Part shown: positions 53,866 to 64,000 of the stretch, in pieces
How positions within the stretch are numbered: position 1 is the first letter of the stretch
Layout of the letters: every line of letters begins with the position of its first letter
Origin: Vicugna vicugna
Taxonomy: Eukaryota
Assembly (NCBI GenBank): GCA_013265495.1
Contig: MU058718.1
Coordinates: 3,123,779-3,187,778, forward strand
DNA: 64,000 nt
Direction of reading: 5' to 3'
Position numbers and translations under genes: made by a program
The notes under the pieces: model-generated
The model's input: the letters and a program-made list of their open reading frames with translations, nothing else
Told to the model about the DNA's origin: nothing
Databases searched by the model: none

Positions 53866-56224
53866 AAAAAAAGGAGTATGCAGAAAAATAGATGAGGAAA
53901 TGGAAAAATGTTTATGGCACATTTATTGATAGGTACAACAAATCAGTTATAGAAGAATATATAATATAGAATCTTGACTTTGTTTAAAAGTATGGATTTA
54001 TGCCTGAGAAAAACCCTAAAGGGACATATTCCAAAATGCCTTCAGTGGTTGTGTCCGGGCAAGCATTATGGGAGGCTCTGGCTTGGCTATGGAGTATCAC
54101 GTTGACCCTACACAGCAGCCCGCAGAGGGGGGGTGAACAAAACAGAGCGGTCTGGCAAGACAGGAGATGCAGGGGGTTGCTATTCACTTTCTGCTTCCGT
54201 TTCCACTGCCTCGAACTGGTTCCAGTATTTTTCTGAGGCCTGGGAACATTCCTGGCTATGGTTCTCCAAGACACCCAGATTATTAATTCCTCATTTCTGC
54301 TTCAGCTAAGTTTCCTAAGCTTGGTTTCTGTTACAGCAACAAAGAATTTAACTAATACAAACAGCTAATAAACAGATTCACTTTTAAAAACAAACAAGTG
54401 CACACACTAAAGTTCAGGTTCTCTTGACGCATGTGTGCAAACACATGAGTCTGAGGGCTCACTGATTACCCTCAGGGGCACTGAAGCTGTGCCAAAAGTG
54501 GAGCGGTCCATTCTCTCTTGGGTATTCATCTTGAATCTGACAAGGAATAAACCTGAGAAGGTGTGAGAGCCCATCTCGGGGTCTGGGAGAGCCAGTAAGT
54601 GCATTCCAGCAACCTGAGATCTGGGCTGATGGCTTGTCAAGGCTGGACCAGGGCACTGACCAACACCAGGGGTTCTTGTTTGGCACCATAGTTCCTCCTC
54701 AATACAGGGGACAGGCATGTCACCCCATGTCTACAGTTGGGGCCCACTGAAGCCAGCATCAGTTGGACTTAACTGATACATTCTAAACTTCACTAAGGAC
54801 ATAATGTGCCAGTTGAATTCTGTATTTTTCTTGAAAGTTACCTTTGATATCCTCCACTGAATGAACTGAGAAGCTTGTTAAATGCCCCTTCTTGGCCCTC
54901 ACTCCAGGCCTACTGAGTCAACATTCTGAGTAGGAGGCTTGAGAAGCTGCATTTTTCCAAGCACATTATGGGATTCTGGCAGACGCTGGTGTCTGAGAAT
55001 CACTGTCCCACCATTGTGTAAGCATGAAGTGAATGCTGCCTTATCTCCTCTGAGTTAGGACTAAGTTATACAGCACTGAACTTAGTTCTTCTCCTGACTT
55101 CAATTTGCTCTGTGATCTTAGGCAGAACATTTAACCTCCCTGGACTTCTGTGTCCTCCTTTGTATCCTGAACGGGGCTGGAGAATAAATAATCTCTACAA
55201 TCCCCTGCTGCATGAAAAATTTCCATTTCTGGGTTGTGACTGATTCTTTTTTATTTGAAATGTGCCTAAAGTCATTTCAGGCTTGATAGTGGGCTTTAAA
55301 TAATAGTTGACTGATGGCTAAAAAGCATGTGTCCATGTATGTAGTGCATAGCAGACTTTGAAGACCACCAAGAGTTAACTCTGTAATTGCAGAATTTCAG
55401 GGTTTCTGGTCTCAGTACTAAAATATCAGTTTCCTTCTAATTCATCATAAACCATTAAATCATTAAGACAAGAGATTTGGCAATTTTCTACCAGGGGATA
55501 CAGGAGAGATGTAAGAATGACTTGACAGTTTTTCACTCTGGTTTAGAAACCACTTCCTAAGTAAGCCACCATCATGACCAGGGTAGCAGTTGGGGAAGGA
55601 ATTGTATGATTTAGTCTCCAGATATTATGATTCTGCTCTAACCTAGAAAATGTAAGGGATGAAAAATGATACCCAGAGAAGTAAATGACTGGTCTAGTTG
55701 GAGCAGAGCAGCAGTTCAGGAACCCGGTGCTGACTTCTTGTCCAGGGCCCTTCCTCTCCCACCACTGAAGGCCTGGTTCCAGGACCATCAGGCTGTTCCT
55801 AGGACCTGGGGCCTTCCAGCATCAGAGTCTTCATTTTAAAACCTCTGTTGTTCCCTGGGGTAAACCACGCCCAAGGAGGGGGCTGTTTTCACGTTTTCCT
55901 CCCTGGGGGTGTGGAGAAGTTGCAACACTCGCAGCCCTAGGCCACCCTCCTGAGGCTCCTGAGGCAGCTATGCAGGGAAAAGGCTTGTTATGTTCATCCA
56001 CGCGGTTCTCTGTCTCCACACACACTGACTGGTGCAGAATGAGGTAGGAGTCGAACTCTGCTGAAACATGCCAATTCAGGCCAATAATAGTGGTGGCCCA
56101 TCTGGGTGCATGGACTATGCACGTGGGCCTGCAGAGCTGTGCTTCTGGCCAGGATTCCCTCGCAAATTTTTACTTTCTTATTCCCCTGTATTTTTGCCTT
56201 ATACGATAAAACCTCTCATTTCTA

Positions 56225-56438
56225 CTTAAATTTTTTGTATTTCTTATTCCTTTTCATTAAAGGTTATTATAAGATATTATATATAGTTCCCTGTGCTATA
56301 CAGAAGAAAAAATTTTAAACTCTGTTTTTATATATAGTGGCTAACATTTGCAAATCTCAAACTCCCAAATTTATCCTCTCCCACCCTCTTTCCCCCAGTA
56401 ACCCTAAGAGTGTTTCCTATGTCTGCAAGTCTGTTTGA
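56225..56438 (-). mobile_element. Short camelid L1 3'UTR fragment
   Basis: atatagttccctgtgctatacag...ttgcaaatctcaaactcccaaatttatcc. Confidence 0.8.
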
Positions 56439-58584
56439 TTCAACAATTTCACTAGTTTTGACAAGAGCTGGGCTAAAGTTTACTCTGTGAGAGTCAAATC
56501 AATAATCTAAATAGAATCAGAATAAAAATTCTAAGAAAATTCTCTTAGGTAACTGTTTTGGAAGCATAGCTTTAGGTACTAGTCCTCTGACTGAACTGGG
56601 AGCACAGGTGGGCACTGTTAAGGCTATAAGAATATCATAATTTCAAACTGTTCATCAGGGTCAATTCAAGGAGAAACAACACTTTACAACCTAACTGATA
56701 ACTGCAGGTACTCAAAAGTAATGAGGTTATATTTTGGAAATAATATTCTAGTGATCGGACACTTTTCTAACGCAGACTAGTAGGTCTACTTTAATCTAGG
56801 TTAGTGAGGTCCTTCTAGGCTTACATGCACCTATAATGGAAGATTTAGCACATTCAGGTGGTGGCTAATGTCTACTACCGGAAAGTAGTAGATTTAACAT
56901 TTGTTGAGCATTTATTATTTCCAAGTAACTGTGAGGGATGAAAGATTAGCTACAAATGGCTCCTGGAAGCAGTGGCCCAACAGACGAGGGTGGGAGAGGC
57001 ACAAAGATAGACTGACTTACTACAAAGCAGAGGGGCGCCCTTCCACAGTGTCTGAAGGAGGTAGGTGAGGGAGCAGTCAATTCTGTCTTGGAATGAAAAA
57101 AGGACAAGGCTTCCAAGAGAAGAGCTGGGGCCGGGGCCCCAGTGGAGGAAAGCGCTCGAGCGATGGTCCATGAGTAATTAAAGGTCTCGCCCTCACTCAG
57201 AGCAGTGGGCAGCTTCCTGTGAGTCCAGGGCTTGCCCATTTGGGGTGGGGGCAATGTGTGGGAAGCAGAACTGGAGAACTGGGCTGTGGCCAGACCAGGA
57301 AGAGACTTTGAGACCGTTACAGGGAGCTTGGCTTTATTCTGTAAGCACTGGGGATCCACTGACATTTTTTGAGTACAGGAGTGAGCAGACCTCGGTTTGG
57401 GGCACTCTCTTAGGCAGCAGTGGGTAGGATGGTTTAGAGTCAAGAAAACCTGGAGACCATTGAGGAGGTAAGGGGGTTCACTGTCCCTTTTATTCCCAAT
57501 CTTCCAGTTTCACTCTTGTCTTCAGAGAGGATTATTAGCATGTCAGGATGCAAGTTTTTGAATCTAGAAAAGTTATAAATTAGTTTTATCATTATTTCTT
57601 TGTTCCAAAAGACTAGTGATGAGAGATTTTTAGTGCTCTTTTTATAACCTAAGGCCCTCTAGAGTGAAACAGCTGAATATGCAAAAAACATACAATTTGT
57701 TCAGTGTATAAATATTGGCCATTTTCAATTGACATTGTGACATTAACATGTTTTTGATATATAAATGTATAAATGAGAGAATATTCTTTGAAAAACTGCC
57801 ATTAATGCATCTCTATCATTCTGCAATCAGCTGCTAAGAGCATTCCACCACCAAGAACAGAACTAAAGAAAATTTGTTCCACCGTGTCTACAGACCGTGA
57901 CTTCTACCTTGGGGCCTTGTGGACTGAAATGGACATCAGCTTTCTCCAGTGTTCATGGGAGGGTACCACGGTGGAGGGGTACAGCTAGATCGTTCCACCT
58001 ATCTCAGGATGGCCCCGATAATTTAAACATAAGTGCCAACATCTCCACACCATAAGTGAGCAAACAGACCAATGCTTTCACTGACTAGTTTCAAGATATG
58101 CACCTAATGAGTTCCAAAGCGGAGAGAAAACCCTGATCTTCAGAATTCTTGTTATATATCTAAGTGTAAATATATAACAACTTTCTCCTAAAGATATTTC
58201 TCCCCTTTTAGCCTAGAAAAAACACTATGCCCAAATGTTTCCAAACTTTCTCCTGGAACTTCACACTTTTAAATATACCAAATATAACCAACTTACCAGC
58301 AAAGCAGGTTACAAAGTACAACTCATTTACGCTCCTACTCTTGAAGAAAGACAGAAAAGATTACTATGTAAAAACTGTCTCTCGCCCGCACAGATCATCA
58401 TGGCTACTCACACACACAACATGTACTCGGACAGTATTTCAAAATTTTTGAAAACTTCCCAACTCTTGTCTCAAGCTCTAGGTCTGAACCTGAGTACAAT
58501 CTTGTGGGATCAGAGGGGAGGCATCTGAGCTAACTTGCTGATCTAACACTTCCTCCTCGCCTACAGCATAAGCCACAGACATCC

Positions 58585-58592
58585 TATAAAAG
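58585..58592 (+). promoter_or_regulatory. Consensus TATA box
   Basis: cc TATAAAAG ggggc, with a consensus donor CAG|gtaaga about 190 nt downstream. Confidence 0.5.
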
Positions 58593-58614
58593 GGGGCCTG
58601 CAGCTGTGCCCTGT

Positions 58615-58779
58615 GACGGGGGAGCTCGACCCAGGATGGCTGCACCCCATCTTCTGCTTGAAACTCTTTTTGTCTCAGTTTCCTTCCTGATGTCATACAT
58701 CTAGAATCTGCCCAGGTCTTCTGGGTGGACGACTCACTGGGCAGCCACCCTGCATCTGTGTTCCAGCCTCCTCCTGCAG
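58615..58779 (+). other. Candidate first exon of a plus-strand transcript (start approximate)
   Basis: TATA box about 30 nt upstream and donor cctgcag|gtaaga at 58780. A second donor AGG|gtgagt lies at 58892. Confidence 0.4.
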
Positions 58780-59169
58780 GTAAGATATCATCTCTCAGAT
58801 CCTTCTCTGCTCCTCACTGACCAACCCAAGAGTCAGATCTTCCCCGTCCAGGCCCCTAGTCGGGCCCCTTCTAGAAGGGAATTCACACAGGGTGAGTTAA
58901 AAAGCAGTCACAGTGAAGCATGAATCCATCCACCCCACACATGATGTGCCTTCAGGCTCATTCTTAACTACAGAAATACATGACAGGCCCTTCAACACAA
59001 CTAGAAAGAGGACATCGGACTTGCCTGTAAGAAAGAGGGTTGCTGGAGCCACTGACGTGTCAGGCGCCTGTGGCGAGCCAACTTACATATTAGTGTCCAA
59101 TGTGTCACTCTGAGTGGCTGACTAACTTGGCCGACAAGACTCCCCAAATGTGAGGCTTTAATGACTCAC

Positions 59170-59485
59170 CTGAAGTTTTCACACTCTGAAGGCTGGACCT
59201 TCTACCTGGAAAGTTTTCTGCTGAGCAGCGTGTTCATGTGTGAGCCTGAGCACTGCCCTGGCCCGTGGACGTGTCTGCGTGGCGAACGTGGAGGCAGAAC
59301 TCAGCACAGATGGCGGCTCCTGAATCACTAACTCGGGGCAGCTGTGTGCGGCAGCCGTGGGCTCCTGGCAACACGTGCACCGCAAGCCCACGGGTTGTAC
59401 CGTGAAATAGAACAAGACCTCTTGCAGGTCGAAGGCCATGGAACACATGTTTAATTTCTTTAGGGGGGGAGAAGAATAGAATCCA
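59170..59485 (-). other. Candidate upstream (probably non-coding/5'UTR) exon 'A'
   Basis: Long T-rich tract ending ttttttgccag|, consensus donor CAG|gtgagt, CpG-rich body. No frame stays open to the donor. Confidence 0.4.
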
Positions 59486-59664
59486 CTGGCAAAAAAACAA
59501 AAAACAAAAAAAAGATAGAAAAAATCTGCCAAACATCTCATTTCCTGCTATATAACCAGATGGTTATGAATCATGTAAAAATCCCTTCCACCTCCATGAC
59601 AAATATTTCGTGTTATTTACCAACTAGCAGCAAACTAGGAGTGTAAAGGCATAAAAAATGTCTC

Positions 59665-60133
59665 TGTTACCAAAGGCAAGTTCGTGTGCCCGCTGCACCA
59701 TCAGGCCAAACTGAAACATCGGAGTTTGGAGCAGAGAAAGGCTTATCGCAGGGCTGAGCAAGGAGAGCGGAGTGGCTCATGCCTAGGAAAACCCAGAACT
59801 CCACGAAGGGTTTCAGCAAGGCATATTTAAGGTGAGGGATGGTGGGGGTCGCAGGGTACGTGATCAGCCCGTGCACAATTCTCTGATTGGCTGATGTTGA
59901 GGTAACAGGACGGTCAACACTATCAACCCCTAGGAGCCAGAAGGTCTGGGGCCAGGAGCTCTCGATCATCAAGTTATTAATTTCTTCCCTTTGGTGGCAG
60001 TTTTAAGCATCTGAAAAACTCAAGAAATATACATGAGATACTATTACCTGGGTGCTTCAGAGAAGAGCTACAGCAGAGGATGTGGGGGAGGGGTCTGACC
60101 CTGGAAGGTCCCACAGGGTCCTGCTCGGTTACA
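59665..60133 (-). mobile_element. ERV1-class solo LTR with 4-bp TSD
   Basis: Termini TGTTAC...GTTACA, TSD tctc at 59661-59664 and 60134-60137, CCAAT and TATA-like motifs on the minus strand. Confidence 0.85.
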
Positions 60134-60239
60134 TCTCCACCAGGAGATATCTTTGTCAAGTATATGGAAAAATAAATAACATTCAGATATTTATTGTCCC
60201 AGGTTTTCTGCATAATGTTTACTAAACAGTTATTGATGA

Positions 60240-60368
60240 GAAGGAGGGTAGAGCTCAGTGGCAGAGTGCCTGCTTAGCATGTACGAGGTCCTGGGTTCAA
60301 TCCTCAGTACCTCCATTAATAAAATAAGTAAATAAACCTAATTATCTTCCCCCATTAAGGAAAAAAAA
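60240..60368 (+). mobile_element. Vic-1-type camelid tRNA-derived SINE
   Basis: A box agctcagtgg, B box ggttcaatcc, tail aaataaacctaatta...ccccc plus poly-A. TSD aaacagtt(at/cc)tgatga at 60224 and 60369. Confidence 0.9.
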
Positions 60369-62402
60369 AAACAGTTCCTGATGACCCAACTAAGATTATT
60401 GGGTGTTCAAATGCTAGACAGATCACTATTCTGGACAAAGGACATTCCATGAAGCAGTAACTAAACTTTTCATTGTGGTTTCACCCTCTCATTTAGAAAC
60501 AACAATAAACATTTCGTTATAGCTTTGAGAAGAGAAAATGAATGCTTCTTTGAAAGAGAAAAGGAAGAAAGGGAGGGTGGGCAGGGAGAGAGCTGGAGGG
60601 AAGGCGTGGATGGTTTTCTTTGCTGGCCAACGTGCCTTCGAGCTGTGAACAAAGCGAGGAGCTGCTGGAGCTTTCTGCGCATCTGCCTCTCCCCAGAGCA
60701 GAGCACAGGCCCGCAGGCTCCCAGCCTCCGAGGGGGAGCGTCAGCCTTCGGCACAACCTGCCCTAGAGCAGTTCTGGCGCTCTCCTCTTTGGCCTCCTGA
60801 CAAGAATGTTCACAGATCCCAAGTTATCCAAAGTCCATCTGCTGTGTTCTGAGGATCAAAAACAAATGTGGGAGACTTCCCTGTCCTGCACCCACCCGAT
60901 CTCAGGCTCCGACCGGCTTTTATGAGCCCTGGGGGTGAAGCCCAGACTTGTCCTAGGAGGCTTCTCTGGGAGGCAGAGCCCAGCACACAAGCCAGGGGCA
61001 CCTCTGCCCCTTCACCGTGCCCAGAGGCAGGATGAATCAGCCAGCAGTCCCTGACAAACGGCGGGGACGAGGGACCGCAGGGTCTCACAGCGCCTCCAGC
61101 TCCGTGATCAACCATACACTGTTTGGTTCACTTCTTGTTAGAAACAGAGCTATAAGGATAGAGATGATGTCACGGAAGGAAGACTCATGAGGCTCAGCAA
61201 AGGGCGAGTAACCCATGCTGGTCACACACTGAGTTACAGAAGGGTTGGGGTTCGAGCCCAAGGATGGGCATTTTATTTTTAATGTCTTGCCATCACAGGG
61301 ATTGGTTCAAATCAGAGGCAGCAGCCTTAACCCAGGACTCTCCAAGAGAAAATACAGCTGGGGCTTTGGGGATGGTAGGGGCTGGGAGTGAGGGGAAGGG
61401 AAACATGTCAGCATTGATGACACTGAACAGACACCGTCTGGACACAAGTTTGACATATCCAATAAAATCCCATGCCAGCTGCACCAACTCGCTTGACCGG
61501 AACAACCAGTTCAGGTGCCAAGGTGCCTGGAGATGGGAAGGCACAGGGAGAGAAGAGAGGGGGAGAGAAGAGAGGGGAGAGGTTCAGTACAGGAGCCTGG
61601 CACCTCGTTCTTTTTTGAACAATAGAGCCACTGTGTACGCTCCACACCACCCAGGGAAGGAGAAGCCAGGGAGGCCCCCCACTCTGTGAGCCACACAGCT
61701 CCCTCCTCATTTCCTCACTGACTCCTGACTCCCGGGGCTCCGGCGGGCAGCACTTGAAGTCCAGTTGCATTCATTGTCCTCCCCTCCCACCCTTGATTTT
61801 ACTGAGTGTAACTGGAGGCGCTCTGGGTCTGGATTTTATGACAAAAGAGAACTTATAAACAGAACTTGAGGGCCTTCCTGAGGCAGAGGAATTGGCCTCT
61901 CTTCAGTCGGGAGCCAGGGATTATTTGCACGCCAAGCAAATAGCTCTCAGGCTAACAGTCAACGTCTGGGGACATGTCAGTGGTTGACCCTGGGAATTCA
62001 CCCGAGACACCTCTGGAATTTGAAAAACGCTGTTCATCACATTAAATTCTGAGGGTTACAGATTATTCCTGAAGGAATGATCATCAGAAATGTGTGGTGT
62101 CATCTCGGGTTCTGATGAACAAGCGCTATCCGTTTAAATTGTTCTTCTCATAATCCAAGTCCCTTAAAATGACCTGAGAATTCATACATGCAAGGTGACC
62201 AGGAGTCGGGATGGGCCAATATTGTGGGAAGTGAAGGTAAAACCTGTATTTTCCCACCTCCCCTTAGCAAACAGAGTGCATACTGCATTGGTCTGGGGCT
62301 TGAAACACTCACCGTGGGTTACTGCTTTGGACTTCAGCATTTTTGGGTACAAGAGACATCCTTCAAGAAGAAAATATCCTGGGAGGGAACAACATATCAG
62401 GC

Positions 62403-62783
62403 TGCCATGGGCTGAACTGTGTCCCCTCAAAATTCATATGTTGAAGTCCCAACCCCTGGTACTTCAGAATGTGACTGCACTTGGAGCCTGGGTCCTTAAA
62501 GAGGTAATTCAGTTAAAACCAGACCACAGGGGTGGGCCCTAATCCAATATGACTGGTGTTATTATAAGAGATTAGGATGCAGACATGTCCAGAGGGAAGA
62601 CCACACGAAGACCTTGTGAGAAGATGGCCATCTGCAAGTGATGGAGAGAGACCTCAGAAGAAACCAACCCTGCTAACACTTTGATCTCAAATTTCTAGCC
62701 TCCAGAATTATGAGAGAATAAATTTCTGTTATTAAGCCACCCAGTTTGTGGTACTTTGTTATGGCAGCCCTAGCAAACAAACA
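62403..62783 (+). mobile_element. MaLR solo LTR (MLT1B-like)
   Basis: tgccatgggctgaactgtgtcccctcaaaattcatatgttgaag...aataaatttctgtt...ggtactttgttatggcagccctagcaaac. Confidence 0.85.
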
Positions 62784-62899
62784 AACAGTCTAATTACCCT
62801 CAAACATGAATGAATGCCAGCAGGGGGAAAAGCAAGCCCTGCTGATTACACAGGAATGCAGACCATGGACCAATCAAGCCCCTGACGGGGATGCTCGGG

Positions 62900-63295
62900 C
62901 ACAGTGTTTCCGAGTGTGAGCTTTGGAATCAACACTAGCCACGGAACCCCAGGTAAGCTACTTAACCTCTCTAAACTGCAGCTGGCTCATCCAGGACGCG
63001 GGGATCATAGTTGCGCCAACCTTATAAAGTTGTTAGGAGTAAATAAAATATGAGGAGAGTGCACAGTGCCTGATGTGGTGAGTTCTCCATAGATTTGTGG
63101 TCATGATAATGGTAAGGGGCCAGGAGAGGAGGCCCTGAGAAGGGGGCCAGGTGAAAGATCAAGTGGGAAGTTGACAGAAGCAGGGGTGTGGGGGGTCACA
63201 GCGAGATTTTAGTCCCAGCTCTGTCGCTGATTAGACAACTTCGAGCAGTCACCTTCCCACTCTAACCCTCAGTTTCCTCCTCTGCACAATGAGAG
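62900..63295. mobile_element. MIR fragments
   Basis: gctttggaatca...ctacttaacctctct; agtcccagctctg...cctcagtttcctcctctgcacaatgag. Confidence 0.6.
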
Positions 63296-63390
63296 GGCAG
63301 ACCACATACAAAAGGAAGAGGGGAAGAGGGAGCGGAAAACACCTGTTTTTCCTCAAAGTGCTCCTGCTTGTTTGCTTTTCCTTTCCACAG

Positions 63391-63428
63391 ATGCCAATCA
63401 TGGATCAGCTCAGAGTCACAGAGGGGAC
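63391..63428 (+). CDS. Candidate 38-nt exon, possibly carrying a start codon (MPIMDQLRVTEG...)
   Basis: Long pyrimidine tract ending ttttcctttccacag|, donor GAC|gtaagc, internal atcATGG with A at -3 and G at +4. Confidence 0.45.
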
Positions 63429-64000
63429 GTAAGCCTAAGTTTCTACTCACTCCTTTTTTTTTCTGTTCCACCAAATTCCCATCCCTGTAGTAGGTACCAT
63501 GACTGGTAAGATGGGCATTTTTGTGGACATTTAGCAGTGATCTGAAGACTCTGGCGGGGCCCCCCGACCTCTCTCTAATGATCTCCATTTGAGTCTCCCC
63601 TCCAAAATTCCTGATATCCAAGAAAGCTAGACTTCAATGTCCCAGGGCCACATTCCACTGGGTCCTAGAAGAGTGAAAGAGCTTGGATGAGTTAGTTTAG
63701 ACCTTATGTTACCCTAAGATTTACCCTGGCAATAAATTCTCTGTCAACATCAAACTTAATAGCCTTAATCACAAAAATGATTATGTTTATTACATGACAA
63801 TTGATGAGGCTTTGAACGGAGCACGCATTCATTCAGGCAAGCAGCACTTGCTCTGTGCCTGTTTGCTGCCCACATGCTGCGCTAAGTGCTGGGGCTGGAC
63901 ACTGGGAGGAATAAGACACAGCTCTTTCCTGGGGGTGGAAAATTCATAGAATATTAGAGAGTTTTTTAAAAAGTTCATTTTACCATGCTTCTTATATCAA

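Noticed and set aside
60244..60318. tRNA-Ala-like sequence
   Set aside because: Has a SINE tail, poly-A and TSD, so it is a Vic-1-type SINE and not a tRNA gene.

Overview
Mammalian genomic DNA, very likely camelid (Camelus/Vicugna), judged from a Vic-1-type tRNA-derived SINE and camelid-type L1 3' ends. The window is repeat-rich intronic/intergenic sequence: young and old L1, L2, MIR, MaLR and ERV1 LTRs, and hAT/Tigger DNA-transposon fossils. Almost all ORF-track entries are noise or L1 ORF2 fragments. Reading splice signals by hand gives a minus-strand exon chain (46999-46839, 41707-41465, 29912-29799) that joins in one open frame into a Ser-rich protein segment of about 170 aa, which I cannot name. 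Other minus-strand candidates are alternative first exons or a microexon (about 32.9, 24.1, 14.2 and 9.0 kb) and an upstream exon (59.2-59.5 kb) next to a solo LTR whose poly(A) signal appears lost. A separate plus-strand unit may start at a consensus TATA box at 58585, with a 38-nt exon at 63391. All gene models are manual inferences. Repeat family names come from recalled consensus sequences and need RepeatMasker/Dfam confirmation. I found no CRISPR, rRNA or true tRNA gene, and nothing I can defend as a wholly new biological system.
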